From Narcine bancroftii (Eukaryota), in assembly GCF_036971445.1 (NCBI RefSeq), contig NC_091469.1, positions 128,154,001-128,218,000 on the forward strand: a DNA stretch of 64,000 nucleotides. The letters run 5' to 3'. The notes below the pieces were generated by a model. The model was not told the origin of the DNA and ran no database searches. It saw only the letters and a list, made by a program, of their open reading frames with translations. The position numbers and the translations under genes are program-made. Below are positions 1 to 12,679 of the stretch, piece by piece (position 1 is the stretch's first letter; every line of letters starts with the position of its first letter).

Positions 1-1912
1 TAAAAGGATAGTAAAGGATAAAATTGGTCCCCTAGAGCAGGGGGTTCCCAACCTTTCTGTTCCTCTGTACCACTTGGGCATTTTTATAGGTTCCCGTGTA
101 CCCCAAAAAATTAAGGATTAAAAAAAAACAACATTGTGCAATCTGACTGCATTGTACAGTAGTGGTTATTCTCTCAGACCCAATGTACCCCCTGAAAAGA
201 GCAAATGTACCACTGGAGGTACATGTACCCCAGGTTGGGAACCCCTGTCTTAGAGGATCATAATGGTCAACTATGCGTGGAGCCTCATGTAATGGGGGGA
301 GATCTTGAACAGGGTAGTTTTTGCATCAGGAAACTGCCATAGTGCATAAGGAAAGAAGGGAAACAAACAGAAGTGTCGTAGAACATATAGAGAATAAAAG
401 TAGATAAATCATATGGGCTGGATATTCCTTCAGACCTTGAGAGAGACTAGTGTAGAAATTGTAGGGGTCCTGAAAGATATATTCACAATGTCCTTAGCCA
501 CAGGTAAGGTGCCAGAGGATTGGAAAGCAGCTCATATGTTTAAATAAGGCTCCAAAATTAAACCAGGTAATTATAGGCTGGTGAGCCTGATGACAGTAGT
601 AGGTAAATTATAGAAAGAAGTTCTGAGAGATAGGATTTTATAGGTATTTGGACAGCCATGGACTGAGTCAGGATAGTCAACATGGTTTTGTGCGTTGTAG
701 ACCATGTTTAACGAATCTTGTAAAGTTTTTCAAGGAGGTTACCAAGAAGGTAGATGACTGTGGATGTTGTCTACATGTGACAAGGTCCCACATGCGAGGT
801 TAATTCAGAAGATTAAGATACTAGGTATCCATGGAGAGGGTGTAAGCTAGATTTGAAATTGGCTGTGTGGGAGAAAACAGAGAGTGATAGTGGATAGTTG
901 CTTCTCAGACTGGAGGCCTGTGATTAGCAGTGTACCTCAGGGATCTGTGTTGAGACCATTGTTGTTTGGTGCCTATATCAATGATATGGATGATCATATG
1001 GTAAATTGGATCAACAAGTTTGCTGATGTCTCAAAGATTGGAGGCAGTGTGGACAGTGAGGAAGATTTTAAAAGCTTGCAGAGGAATCTGGACCAACTGC
1101 AAGAATGAGCCAAAAAATGGCAAATTAAGATTAATGAAGGCAAGAATGAGATGATGCATTTTGAAAGGACAAACCAAGGTAGGGACCTGAGGAGTGCAAA
1201 GGAGTAATGAGAACTGGAAATACAGATACATTGTTCCCAGAAGGTGGCGTAGCAGGTGGACAGGGCTGTAAAGAAAGCTTTTGGCATCTTCACCTTGATA
1301 AATCAAAGTATTGAGTATAGGTGTTGGGATGTTATGGTAAAGTTGTTTAAGACATTGGTGAGGCCAAATTGGAATATTGTGTGCAGTTCTGGATGCCTAA
1401 CTATAGGAAGGATATCAAGAAGATTGGAAGAGTGCAGAGAAGATTTACTTGGATGTTGCTGGGTCTTCAGGAATTGAGATACCAGGAAAGATTAAACAAG
1501 TTAGAATTTTATTCCTTGAAGCGTAGAAGAATGAGGGGAAATTTGATAGAGGTTTACAAGATTATGAAAAGTATAGACAGAGTGGATGCAATAGACTTTT
1601 TCCGCTTAAATTGGGGGAGATAAATACAAGAGGCCATAATTTTAAGCTGAAAGGAGAAAGGTTTAGGTGGAACATTAGGGGAAACTTCTTCACTCAGAGA
1701 GTGGTGGGAGTGTGGAATGAGCTGCTATCTGATGCAGTAAATGTAGGCTCGATTTTGGGTTTTAAGAATAGATTGGATTGATACATGAATGGGAGAGGTA
1801 TGGAGGATTAAGGAATGGGAGCAAGTTAATGGGACTAGCGGAATAATGGTCAGCACAGGTCAGAAGGGCTGAATGGCCTGTTTTATGTGCTGCAGTGTTC
1901 TATAGTTCTATG
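1..1912 (+). mobile_element. CR1/HER1-type LINE, degenerate ORF2 (RT) plus 3' end
   Basis: RT motifs VPQGSVLRPLLF and KFADVSK, plus YCVQFW. Many stops and frameshifts. Ends in a gttctat-type tail. Interrupted by a MITE at 38-247. Confidence 0.9.
38..247. mobile_element. hAT (Charlie-like) MITE
   Basis: TIRs cagggg(g)ttcccaacct ... aggttgggaacccctg. Imperfect 8-bp TSD ccctagag/tcttagag with a TAGA core. Confidence 0.85.
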
Positions 1913-2575
1913 GAAAGGGTTATCATGTGAGAAGCGCTTGACAGCTCTTGGCCTGTATTCCTGGAATTTAGGAGAATGAGGAGGATCTCACTGAAACATT
2001 TCAAATGTTATAATGCATGGACTGAGTTGATGTAGAAAGGTTATTTCCTATGGTGGAAGAGCGTTGGACAAGAGGGCACAATTTATAACAAAAATGTGTA
2101 GGAATTTCTTCAGCCAGAGGGTGGTAAATCTGTGGATTTTGTTGCCGTAGACTGTTGCGGAGGCCAGGTCATTGGTGTATTTAAGACAGAGATTGATTCC
2201 ATGGCTAATCAAGAACCTAACAATGGTTATGGGGAGAAGGCTTGGCAGTGGGGCTGAGTAGGTAAATGAATCAGTTCATGATTGAATGGAAGGGCAGACT
2301 CAATGGGCTGAATGGCCTATTTCTGCTCCTATATCTTGTGGTCTTGTATCAGACTATGAGAGGCATTTATAGGATGGACAGCCAACATCGTTTTTCCAGG
2401 ACAACAGTAGCAAATACAAGAGGACATCTTTTTAAGCTGAGGGGAGGAAAGTTTCAGGGAGATGTCAGCAGTAAGCCTTTATTTTTTTCCTACACAGAGA
2501 GTAGTGCCTAGAATGCATTGCCAGGGGTAGTAGTGGAGGCAGGTATAATAGAGCTATTTAAAAGACTTAAGACAG
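1913..2575 (+). mobile_element. Two adjacent 5'-truncated CR1 3' fragments
   Basis: CR1 3' ORF2 sequence (ttcttcagccagagggtggtaaatctgtgg; acacagagagtagtgcctagaatgcattgcc) and 3' UTR motif gggctgaatggcct. Confidence 0.75.
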
Positions 2576-3403
2576 GAGGCACTTTTACACAGCCGCTGAA
2601 CTGCAGAAAATTTCAGCAAGTTTTCTTCTCGTTGGCAGTGTAAAAATGTCAAGACCTAATTTATTATGTAAATTCCATCCCATAATTTTTACACTGGGAC
2701 CCCTACACATTTTTACAGAGTGACTGCAGCCACTCTGTAAGAAACAGGCCTAATGAATACGATGTTCCCCCTCTGACAAACTCTGCAACACAGGAGGCTG
2801 TATAAACAACCACATCAAAATAATTCCAAAGTTTCTGAGTAAATAGTTAAGGATGTGAGGTAGGGAAGGTTTAGATTGTCCAATAGGTTTATATCAATTA
2901 AATTCTTTGGCCCACACATCGTGGGCAAAATAGTAAGAATTGTGATGTGTTGTTCTATATTCTTGTGGACCATTTCACCAAACCAAGCCATTCCAACTTT
3001 TTCCAAGTTGAAATACAATCAAAATACATTACTACTTATACACAAAGCAGACTCTAAATAGTTAATTGCAACCAGAAAGTGTAGCAATTGAAGAGATACC
3101 ACAACTCTTCAAGCAATTATCTAATTCTTAGAACTCTATAAACAAAATATTCATCAACTATGGAGCTATTAAGTTATCCAGCACATGTTAAGCAGCTGCA
3201 AACGCAATGATTTCACTATATCAACAAAACAATGGCTTATCTGCAATAACCACGTCACTAAAAGTCAAACTCTGTACTGGATAACAATTGTATGTACTGT
3301 CGTACTTCAGAGAGCTACAAACAACACAACCAATTTAAAAGTTTTAAAAACATCCAACACCCCACAACAGTGGAATTTCAAGATATAAATCAGCTCTACT
3401 TAC

Positions 3404-3435
3404 AGACTTCCTCTTCGGGGAAGGCTCAATTCTTT
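3404..3435 (-). CDS. MAST4: 32-bp internal micro-exon of a MAST-family kinase, KELSLPRRGS(L)
   Basis: Minus strand: ttttctctttgcag|AAA GAA TTG AGC CTT CCC CGA AGA GGA AGT CT|gtaagt. It has a polypyrimidine tract, a CTAAT branch-like motif about 30 nt upstream and a consensus donor. KELSLPRRGS is conserved in MAST2/MAST4 (MAST3 has KELSLPRRGR) and is in phase with the 44665-44703 exon. Confidence 0.9.
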
Positions 3436-3473
3436 CTGCAAAGAGAAAAATGGTATTTAAAGCAATTAGTTTT

Positions 3474-4035
3474 ACAAAACATAGAACAGTACAGGCCCTT
3501 CAGCCCACAATTTTGTGCTAACCTTTAGACGCTGCCTTCCACATAACCCTCCACTTTAAATTCCTCCATATGCTTGTCTAGTAGTCACCAATGAACCTGC
3601 CTCCACCACTGACCCAGCTGGTGCATTCCATGCACCAACCACTCTGGGTAAAAAAAACCTTCCTTTAATATCTCCCTTAACTTTTCACCCATCATCTTAA
3701 AGCCATGTATTGAATAGTGGTGCCCTGGGAAGGAGGTGCTGACTGTCCACTCTCTCTATTCCTCTTAATAGCTTGTATACCTCTATCGCGTCTCCTCTCA
3801 TCCTCCTTCTCTCCAAAGCGAAAACCCTAGCTTCCTTTATCTCTGCCCATAATGCATACTCTCTAAACCAGGTAGCATCCTGGTAAATCTCCTCTGTATT
3901 CTTTCCAATGCTTCAATGTCTTTCCTATAATAAAGTGACCAGAACAATAAAGTGACACAGTTCTCCAAGTGTGGTCTAACCAGAGTTTTGTAGAGCTACA
4001 TCATTACCTCATGGCTCTTAAAATCAATCCCTCAA
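3474..4035 (-). mobile_element. CR1 3' fragment (sense to the gene)
   Basis: Reverse complement of the CR1 3' end (acatagaacagtacaggcccttcagccc; gaccagaac...ctccaagtgtggtctaacc). Confidence 0.8.
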
Positions 4036-4368
4036 ATATGAACAGTATTTTTCAGTACTGAACAATGTAAACCTAAAAATGAGGTTAATGTCTTCAAATA
4101 AAATTCGCATGGAAGTTACATCTTCTACTCATTGATCATTGAGAAGTTGCATGTTATATATAATGTAATGTAAGCAAAACTTCAACAATTAATATCCAAT
4201 TTGAATATTTCAAGCTGGACCATCAAACCCTTATAATTAGTAAAATTACTTGGGAAACATTATAAGCCAGCAACAATATCTTGTTATTTTAGTTCATGCT
4301 ATATTTTTATTTCTCCACACGAATGGATTTTAAAGTGAAACCACACACTTCTATAACATTCCAAAGTA

Positions 4369-4746
4369 CACATACATAATCCTTTATCCGGACATCTAAA
4401 ATCCAGAAAGCTCCAAAATCCGGCAAGTGGAGAGGGAGATGGCAGCACGAGCCAGGCGGGCAAGGGGGAGAGACTGGCAGCGCGAGTCAGGCAGGCAAGG
4501 GACCGGCAGCGCGACTCAGGCGGGCGAGGGACCGGCAGCGCAACTCAGGCGGGCAAGGGACCAGCAGCGCGTCAGGCGGGGTGTGGGGGGGGGGAGGGGA
4601 GGACGGCAGCATGACTGGAAGGGGGTAGGGGTGGATACGACATCACAATTCAAGTGGGTTTAAATCTGGCTTTCTGAAATCCAGAAAAATCCGAAAATCA
4701 GAACACACTGTCCCCCAAGGGTTCGGAATAAAGAATTGTGTACCTG
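4369..4746. mobile_element. Tc1/pogo (Tigger-like) MITE with internal GC-rich tandem repeat
   Basis: TA on both flanks. Imperfect TIRs ca(c)atacataatcctttatccg / cggaataaagaattgtgtacctg. About 5 internal copies of a ~29-bp unit ggcagcgcgactcaggcgggcgagggacc. Confidence 0.7.
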
Positions 4747-4967
4747 TACTTTCCACACCCACAACATTCCTCATCACCACCTCAAGCTTCTGCAATACAG
4801 CAGAGGACAGGAAATGTTAATAATAATAATGAGCTTCTCATACAAACAAGTACAATGTAAATATGCGCTAGATTCTTACTTGCTGCAGGCAAATAGGTAT
4901 TTTGTTTAAAAACTACTTCAATAGCATATATTAAATCATCATGTAGAAAGTGTTAATAAATATAACT

Positions 4968-5979
4968 AGGCCGGTGACTAGTAGAGTTCCTCAGGGATCG
5001 GTCCTGGGTCCACTATTGTTTGTTATATATATTAACAACCTGGAAGAAGGAGTGGTAAATTGGATAAGTAAGTTTGCAGATGATACAAAGGTTGGTGGTG
5101 TTGTGGACAGTGAGGAAGCTTAAAAAGAGATATAGGAAAGCTAAAGGAGTGGGCTGAGAAATGGCTGATGGAATTTAATACGGATAAGTGTGAAGTGTTG
5201 CATTTTGGAAAGGCAAATCTAAATAGGTCATATACATTGAATGGTAGACAATTGAGGAGTGCAGAGCAACAAAGGGATTTAGGAGTTATGGTAAATAGTA
5301 CCCTCAAAGTTGATACTCAGGTAGATAGAGTGGAAGGCATTTGGAATGTTGGCCTTCATAAATCGGAGTATTGAATTCAAAAGTTGGGATGTTATGATGA
5401 AATTGTACAAAGCATTGGTGAGGCCAAGTTTGGAATACTGTGTGCAGTTTTGGTCACCGAATTATAGGAAGGATATAAACAAAATAGAGAGAGTGCAGGA
5501 AAAGTTCACGAGAATGTTGACAGGATGTCAGGGTTTGAGTGACAGAGAAAGGTTGAGCAGCTTGGGGCTTTTTTCTCTGGAGCGTAGAAGATTGAGGGAG
5601 GATTTGATGGGGGTGTTCAAGATTTTAAAAGGGACAGAGAGAGTCAACATGGATAGGCTTTTTCAATTAAGAGTGGGGGATATTCAAACCAGAGGACATG
5701 GTTTGAGATTGCAGGGGGAAAATTATAAGGGGAACATGAGGGGAAATTTTTTCACGCAAAGGGTGGTTGGGATGTGGAATAAGCTTCCGACAGAGGTGGT
5801 TGAAGCAAGGATGTTATTTACATTTAAGGAAAGACTGGATAATTACATGGAGGGGAGAGGATTGGAAGGGTATGGACCAGGTGCTGGTCAGTGGGACTAG
5901 GAGGGTGGGGATTTGTTCCGGCATGGACTATTAGGGCCAAACTGGCCTGTTCTGTGCTGTATATGGTTATATGGTTATA
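4968..5979 (+). mobile_element. CR1 LINE, 5'-truncated, relatively young
   Basis: [11 protein letters not shown] and FADDTKVGG motifs. The 184-aa ORF at 5346-5900 is the CR1 ORF2 C-terminus. Tail is a (tatggtta)n repeat. Confidence 0.92.
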
Positions 5980-7854
5980 ATTACAGTAGTGCAATAACAA
6001 AAGCAGCATTTCAATAGTGTAGACAGGTCTTTTTGTGCCATCATAGCAGTTTATAATTGGGGTAGTTAAGGGGAGGATTAAGAGCCTTAAAACAGTTTTA
6101 AAAAAACATCAGTGGACTGGTGGAGGACAGGAGAACATCCGAGAAAGAGAAGCCTTGGAGAGAACCCTTCAGAAGGTGACCACGGCAGTGGACCAGCAAG
6201 AGACCAGAGGCCAAAGGGCTGCTGGAGACAGGCTCGTGAGAACCAGGTATCAGGATCATTTTAACAATTCCTGTCAATCCTTGGTGACCCAAACTGTCTG
6301 GTGCTCAGAGTGTAGATACGTCTGCGCCTTGTACAGACTCCATTTATACTTATGAAAATTTGCTCTCTTACTCTCTCTATTTCACAACCAGCCTTTCTGT
6401 TATCAGATAATCTGATGAAGTTAGAACAATGACCATCCACCAGATCCTTCTCCTGAATTTGTAACTGAAGTTGGCTTTTCTTTCAACTCCAAATTCAAAT
6501 CCTTAAAGAAATGATCACGGAATAGTTATTACTTTGCATGCCACCAAACACCATTGCCTCATTCACGATAACTTTTTGTTTTTCTATTTTCAATTCACTA
6601 CAAGATCACTGCCGTCTTCATTATTCATCCCATGCATTCATGTCTCATGCATACATTTCTTTTCTTGACTCCTCTTTCACAGTCTAATTTTACAGCTCTT
6701 TCTCTCATAATCATATAATCAGCCCAACAATATTTACATTTAGTAAAAGACCATAGATACTGTATATGTTTGCATTTAAAGCCATGAACATTTATGGCAT
6801 CATTCCATTAACTTCTGACATATGAGATCGGTGCAATGTTTTCATTTGTTAAGTTTGCACAGTAGTAGAGCACACACTAGTGGCTGCAGTGAAGTATTTG
6901 TTTGTTTGACAACTTGCACTGAAGTAGAACACAGAACAGCCCAGGAAAAGGTCCTTCAGCCCCCAATGTCTGTGGTGAACATGATGCACCAATAACATCT
7001 CGACCATTTGCATACAATATATCCCTCCATTTCCTGCAAATTCAAAATGGTAATTGTTATCCACAACAGGTTGCATCGCACTTCCAATAAATAAACCAAC
7101 TTTGGAGGATGGGGGTGGGGGGGGGAGTGCTATAAGGCATCCTAGACTCTATTTTAAGAAATTTCAGCGTGTTATAATGCTCAATCTTTGACTGTCCATA
7201 TTTTTGATTCTTCCTTCATCGCCTGAGCTTACACAACTTGCTGTCAAAGTTCTACTCTCAGTTCAACATCCAGTAAAACAGTCCTTGGAAAAGGCAGCAG
7301 TTCCCTGAAAATGCCCCCAAAATCTTCAACATTAGACAGAGCCCCACTCAGAGATGGCCAACTGACTCTGCTGTCAACATTATGAAAGTGTTAATAATAA
7401 TATGAACAAAAAAGTTTTAAATAATTAAACATTTTAATTGTGAACCTTTCCGTGTTGAGCCTAACTGTTTAACATCCATATGTCAATCTATCACTGCTAG
7501 TGATCAACATTTTAAGGTGTAATTTTTTCTAAACTGTATTTGCCTTCTCTTTGTCCTCTTCCGCACAGCTCTGGAGGTTACATCAAAAGGGTTGTGGTTT
7601 CGGCAGAAGGTATCAAGTATGGGAGAGAACATTAAAATATGGCACAACTATAATAGAGGAGCACATTCAGGAATTCGGAGTTTGACAAATCAATTGCAAA
7701 ACATGCTGAAATTTAAAAAGCCAAATTATGACAATTCTATCTGGAACCTCTAGCACATCCCAGCTAAACAAAAGGGAGGTTGCCTGCAATTCCAACTTTA
7801 AAGTAATGGTGGCTCAGCTTTTTATTTTGAAAATAGTGTAATATTAATTTGCTG

Positions 7855-8945
7855 ATATGGTAATGAGAACATAGTAATTAAATTATTGAATCCAAAGGCC
7901 TTGATTTACAATCCAGAGACTGATGTTCAAATTCCACAATAACTGTGGTGGAATTTAAATCCTATTAACTTCTGGCATTTGTTTCAAAAGATAACACACC
8001 ATTCAAGGACAATGAATAAATTTAACTCAAGGTGTTGCATTTTGGTAGGTTAAACCAGGGTAGAACTTGCACAATGAATGCAGGGACCCTGGAGAGTTTT
8101 GTGGAATGTAGAGACTTGGGTATTCAGCTACAGGAGTTCATGAAAATCGTGACATAGGTAGGGGCAGGCTGGTGAAGGTGTTTCACACGCTTGCTTTTAG
8201 TGTATTGACTATAAGGACCAAGGATGTTATCAGGTAACTTATACAGGATGTTGGTAGGACCACAATTGGAGTACTGTGTGCAGTTTTGGTCACCCAACTA
8301 TTGGAGAAATATAGGAAATAGTGCAGAAAATATTTGTGAGACTATTCCTGGGACTGGGGACTTGAATTTAAAGGACTGGCTAGATATGACTTTTTAAAAT
8401 TTTATTTACAACACAGTAGAAGCAAATTCCAGACATTGAGACCTATGCCGAACAATTACACCAAATTAACCTATAACCCCAGCCATTTTGGAGGCTTGGA
8501 CTTTTCTCCCTGGAAAAAATTAAGTGGGTGGGGGAGAAGAGTCTGAATAGACATTCATAAAATCATGAAGGGCATAAAAAGTCATGTATCATCCCCTCCC
8601 CTCAGAGAAGGTGAACCTAAAACTAGAAGGCATAGACTGAAAGTGAGAGGTGAAAGACTTAAAAGGGCCTAAAGGGGCACCTTCTTCACACAGAGTATGG
8701 TGGGTTCATTGATCAAAATGCCAGAGGAAGAGGTAGAAAGAGGGACAATTGTTATATTAGATATTCTGCCCAACACATGGATAGGGAAGGTTTAGAGTAT
8801 AGTGGTGTGGACACGAGTAAACAGGACTAGCTTGATCAGCATGGATAAAATGGGTGAATGGCCCTGTTTCCATGCTGATGAATACAAATCTAAATGTTGG
8901 CCTTGCCAGTGATTCTCAGATATTCAAAAATGAATTAAAATAAAA
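7855..8945 (+). mobile_element. Old Deu-type SINE split by a CR1 fragment (~8025-8878), which itself holds a minus-strand SINE piece (~8392-8495)
   Basis: SINE head-like gttcaaattccac...ggaatttaaat at ~7925 and tail ggccttgccagtg...aatgaattaaaa at ~8900. The CR1 has tggagtactgtgtgcagttttggtc. Degenerate duplication atgaataaatttaa/atgaatacaaatctaa flanks the CR1. Confidence 0.6.
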
Positions 8946-9117
8946 ATGCAAAACCCTCACTTTATATTCTTGTGCCTGTAAAACAAATGGTGTAACATGC
9001 TGTCATTTTCACATGATAACGTGCTTTAGGCAATGAACACAAATTGGATAATTCAGACAGTTCACCAACTTGAACTATAACGTGCACCAAAGTAACAGTT
9101 AAAGTAATCTACAGCCT

Positions 9118-9600
9118 TATAGAACACAGGAAATTGCAGGTAGTATAGGCCAAATAGCCCTTCAAGCGAGCTCTGCCATTCAACTGGATAGTGGTTGAAC
9201 TCCTACATCACTTTTCTGACATGTTCCTCGATTCAAATCGTGGCCTCAGTATCAACTGATCATAGCTTAGAATATGGTTGAAGTATGAGCATTCACAACC
9301 CTCTAGAATTGCAGATTGCAAAGATGTATAATCTTTTGAGCCTCTCAAGTAAGGGAGAACAGCTTTCAAACCTCCAACCTCAAGCCTTTGTAGCATGTCA
9401 TATATTTTAATGAAATAACCGTTCAACTTTCTTAAGAGAATCTAGGGTTGATCTATTCAATCTCTGCTTATAAAAGAGCCCAGTAATCCAGCCAATGAAT
9501 CACCTCCAAGTTTATCCATCCTTGGATAAGGAGAAAAAAAAACTGTACCCACCATTCCAAATGTAGATGAACAAAGCACTGTATAATTTCAGCAAATATT
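9118..9600 (-). mobile_element. Old CR1 3' fragment
   Basis: Starts with a catagaac-type tail and ggcc...agcccttcaagc. Includes aactgtacccaccattccaaatgt (antisense CR1 ORF2). Confidence 0.55.
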
Positions 9601-9609
9601 CTTTATATT

Positions 9610-9835
9610 TAAACTGATTTAAAACATGGTTGAAGCAGATTTAGGCCATTGAAACACATGATGCCCAATTACACCCAATTAACCAACCAACCCTGTACAT
9701 TTTTGGAGGATGGGAGGAAACTGGACCACATGGGAAAAACCAACACAGACACGGGAGAACATACAAACTCCTTACAGGAAACGCCAGATTAGAACCCAAG
9801 TTGCTGGCACTGTAAAGGAACCAGAATGCATTTAC
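9610..9835 (-). mobile_element. tRNA-derived V-SINE/HE1-type SINE
   Basis: Antisense V-domain tgggaggaaactgga...cacagacacgggagaacatacaaactccttacag. Confidence 0.75.
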
Positions 9836-11350
9836 TCCCAACATTTATAATAAATTCTAATATACATTTCCCTTCCAGCTATTTGCTATACTTGATGGAT
9901 GTTTCAATGAAATAATTCCCAAATCTGTCTGCATAGGCACCTTTTATCATCTCACCTTTTAAAAGGATATTTTTATGTAATTCTTCTGCCAAGTTGAATA
10001 ATTTTACACACTATACTACGTATTCTTGAAACCTTCTTGCCCTGTCAATTCTGCTGTCTACATCCCCATGTCCTCTTTAATACTCGTTTAGTCAGAGAGC
10101 TTTGTCAGGAAGCTTGGACAGATTATGTTCCATTACCATATACAGAATAGAAAGCAGTGATACAAGGAGCACTTCACTGACTAATCCTTACCATCCTGAA
10201 AATGACAAGGAATACATAAAGTAAATTTCTGAAGTGTACCCACTATCAAACTGGCAAATTCAGTTGTCGCATCTCACTGGCAGGAAATAAGAATGATGAT
10301 TTAATCGATTCTAAATAATAATTATTAAGAATAACAGTGGAATATAAAGAATCCACAAGGAGAATGAATGGTTTATTTCACATGGACCTTTAAAATAACC
10401 AGATGGGACCTCAGGTTAACAAATCACCCTGTCAATGCATAAAAATGTACTGTGTAGTTAATGCACCAGCTCATATTCAACCTGTGTGTCTGGAAGCAGT
10501 GCCTGAGGAATCATGTACATTAGGTAACCCCTATTGCATAAATTCAACACAATTTTGCTGCATCACTTCAGTGGAGGCAAAGGCCCATTTAAAAGAGCAT
10601 CCAGGCAGTCCTTGAATTTGCATATAATGAGAAACTGTCCCCTCTGGTACAATACAGAAACAAACATTTCCTCGTAAATAGCACATTGTGTCATTGTGAC
10701 AGCCACCAAAACTCATTGAGAGGCACTGCCAGTGGCATTACTTAGTTCTAAGGACTGAGTATCACACTTCAAAAGATACCTGTCTGAATCTTGGATCATG
10801 TCTATAATTGGCTCATCCATTACTTCAACTGGATCTAACTTAGCCCCTCAAAGTGTCTGTCATATTAGAATTGTGAAGAGATTGAAAAAAATTGTGGTCT
10901 ACTACATGGTGGCAATTGTAAAAAGATTGTTTTTTTTTAAGTGATTTGTTTAGAAAATGCAACACATATTGATCATAAGAAATGAATAAATTTACACCAA
11001 TCCTGCTGTTAACCTAAAAAGGTTAATGGCAAAATGACAGAATATGAAGAATGAGATAAACATTCTTGTCAAATGAGCACTGAAGGAGAGAACCTCATAC
11101 ATTCAGAAACAAAATTTTACAGCAAAATACAATTAATTAAAATGTATTCTAATCTCATTTCTATCTCCTCCAACTTTGTTTCTGCTGTTGGTAATCAGAT
11201 CAATTTCCAATTACTGTGTAATGAACATCTCAAGAGTTGAACAGTGCTTCCAAGAGTTGAACAGTGAGCTTGGGTCGATGGGAATTCAGAGTTGAGTTAT
11301 AATCAGATCAACCACAGTCTTATTAAATGGCAGTGAAGGTTTAAGGGGCC

Positions 11351-12137
11351 TGTTGGAATCTAGGGGTTAAAACATTATGAAATAAATGATTAATCAATAA
11401 GTTTATTTGTACTGCATGAGTCAGGGAAAGAGGAATGTGGCTAAGTGGCTGTCACAGCATGGAGCAAAGTTGGCTGAACAGAAATTGGCCGCTCCCAAGA
11501 TACAGGGAGAGGATATGCATAAAACGATTTAGGAGGAATGCTCAACTGAAGGAGGTGGGAAGTAGCACAGGAGACACAGGCCAGATCAGAACAAAGAATG
11601 GCCCGCAAGAATCAAAGGGAATGGAAAATCAGTCTAGGAGGAAGATTAAGGCACGAGGAGGTGTTAAAGAGAACAGCAGAAATTGGCCAGACAGGGACCA
11701 AATGGTGATTAGAAATATCTGGGGATGAATTAATTTCAGATCTAAACAACAGGATAGTCTGGCCTGGAGGATTAACATGGGAAGGCTACACCCCAGAAAT
11801 CTGCAAAACAGGAGATGACTTGTGATAACCCTTATGCAAAAAGATCTAGCAGGGAAAACAACTTTTGTTCTGTGTGATAAGATTGACCTATATAAACTGT
11901 GCCAACTGGACAATAGGGGTCAGTCTCGGGGAGTAGCTCACTGGCAGGTGACCTATGAACTAACAGACTGACCCAGAGCTCTGTTAAGTTTTATTCTTGT
12001 GCTGTGCTGTGCTGTGGTGTAATAAACTGACTGTTGAACCGAATACCTTCTCCTATCACTTCATTCAACGAACGCGCTGGACTCAGCTCACACATAGACT
12101 AAATTAAGAGTAAATAAATTAAAGCCAGAGTCCAACA
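11351..12137 (+). mobile_element. Solo LTR, 787 bp
   Basis: TG...CA ends with inverted termini tgttggaatct / agagtccaaca. Exact 4-bp TSD GGCC. TATA-like tatataaa at ~11889 and AATAAA at ~12021. Splits a CR1 3' UTR. Confidence 0.85.
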
Positions 12138-12679
12138 GGCCAAGCGGCCTCGCGGCCTCCTCCTGCTCTTTAATTGGTATGTGCAGGGAATCCTCCAATA
12201 GTACCTTACCTGGCCACACTGCAATTAAAGTCATCCTCATTTTTAACAAATCCTTTGATGCACAGCCAATCTCCTAATCCCATTCTCTTATGTTCTGTCC
12301 ATCAGGCCTATTGCAAGTGCACATCTTTTATCTATATTGTCCCTAACCAATGGAACATCATACTTAACGTTTTCCATCCTGTTAACAAGCAGGATTTTTT
12401 GCCACTCCATGCATCCATTTTTTCTCTGTGAAATATCACAACCTAATTATTTTGTTAAAAATAATAGCAAAGAAGTCCATGCTTAAGAGCCTCCTACTAT
12501 TACAGTTAATAGTGAAGCTAACCTTGGACTGAGATCATCTTCAATTTTTGCATTTAGAACCACAAGCAGGTGCAAACTGAACTAAAGTTCAAATTTATTG
12601 TCAGAGAACTTGCATGATATCACATGCAACTCTGAGATTCTTTTGCTAAGCTGCAGAGTCAGGCAAGGTAAGAAGGAAT

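Noticed and set aside
11231-11266. Direct repeat caagagttgaacagtg x2
   Set aside because: Simple local tandem duplication with no element between the copies.
12210-12240. ATG...CCAG|gtaagg mini-exon candidate on the minus strand
   Set aside because: The donor is phase 1, incompatible with the phase-0 KELSL exon.
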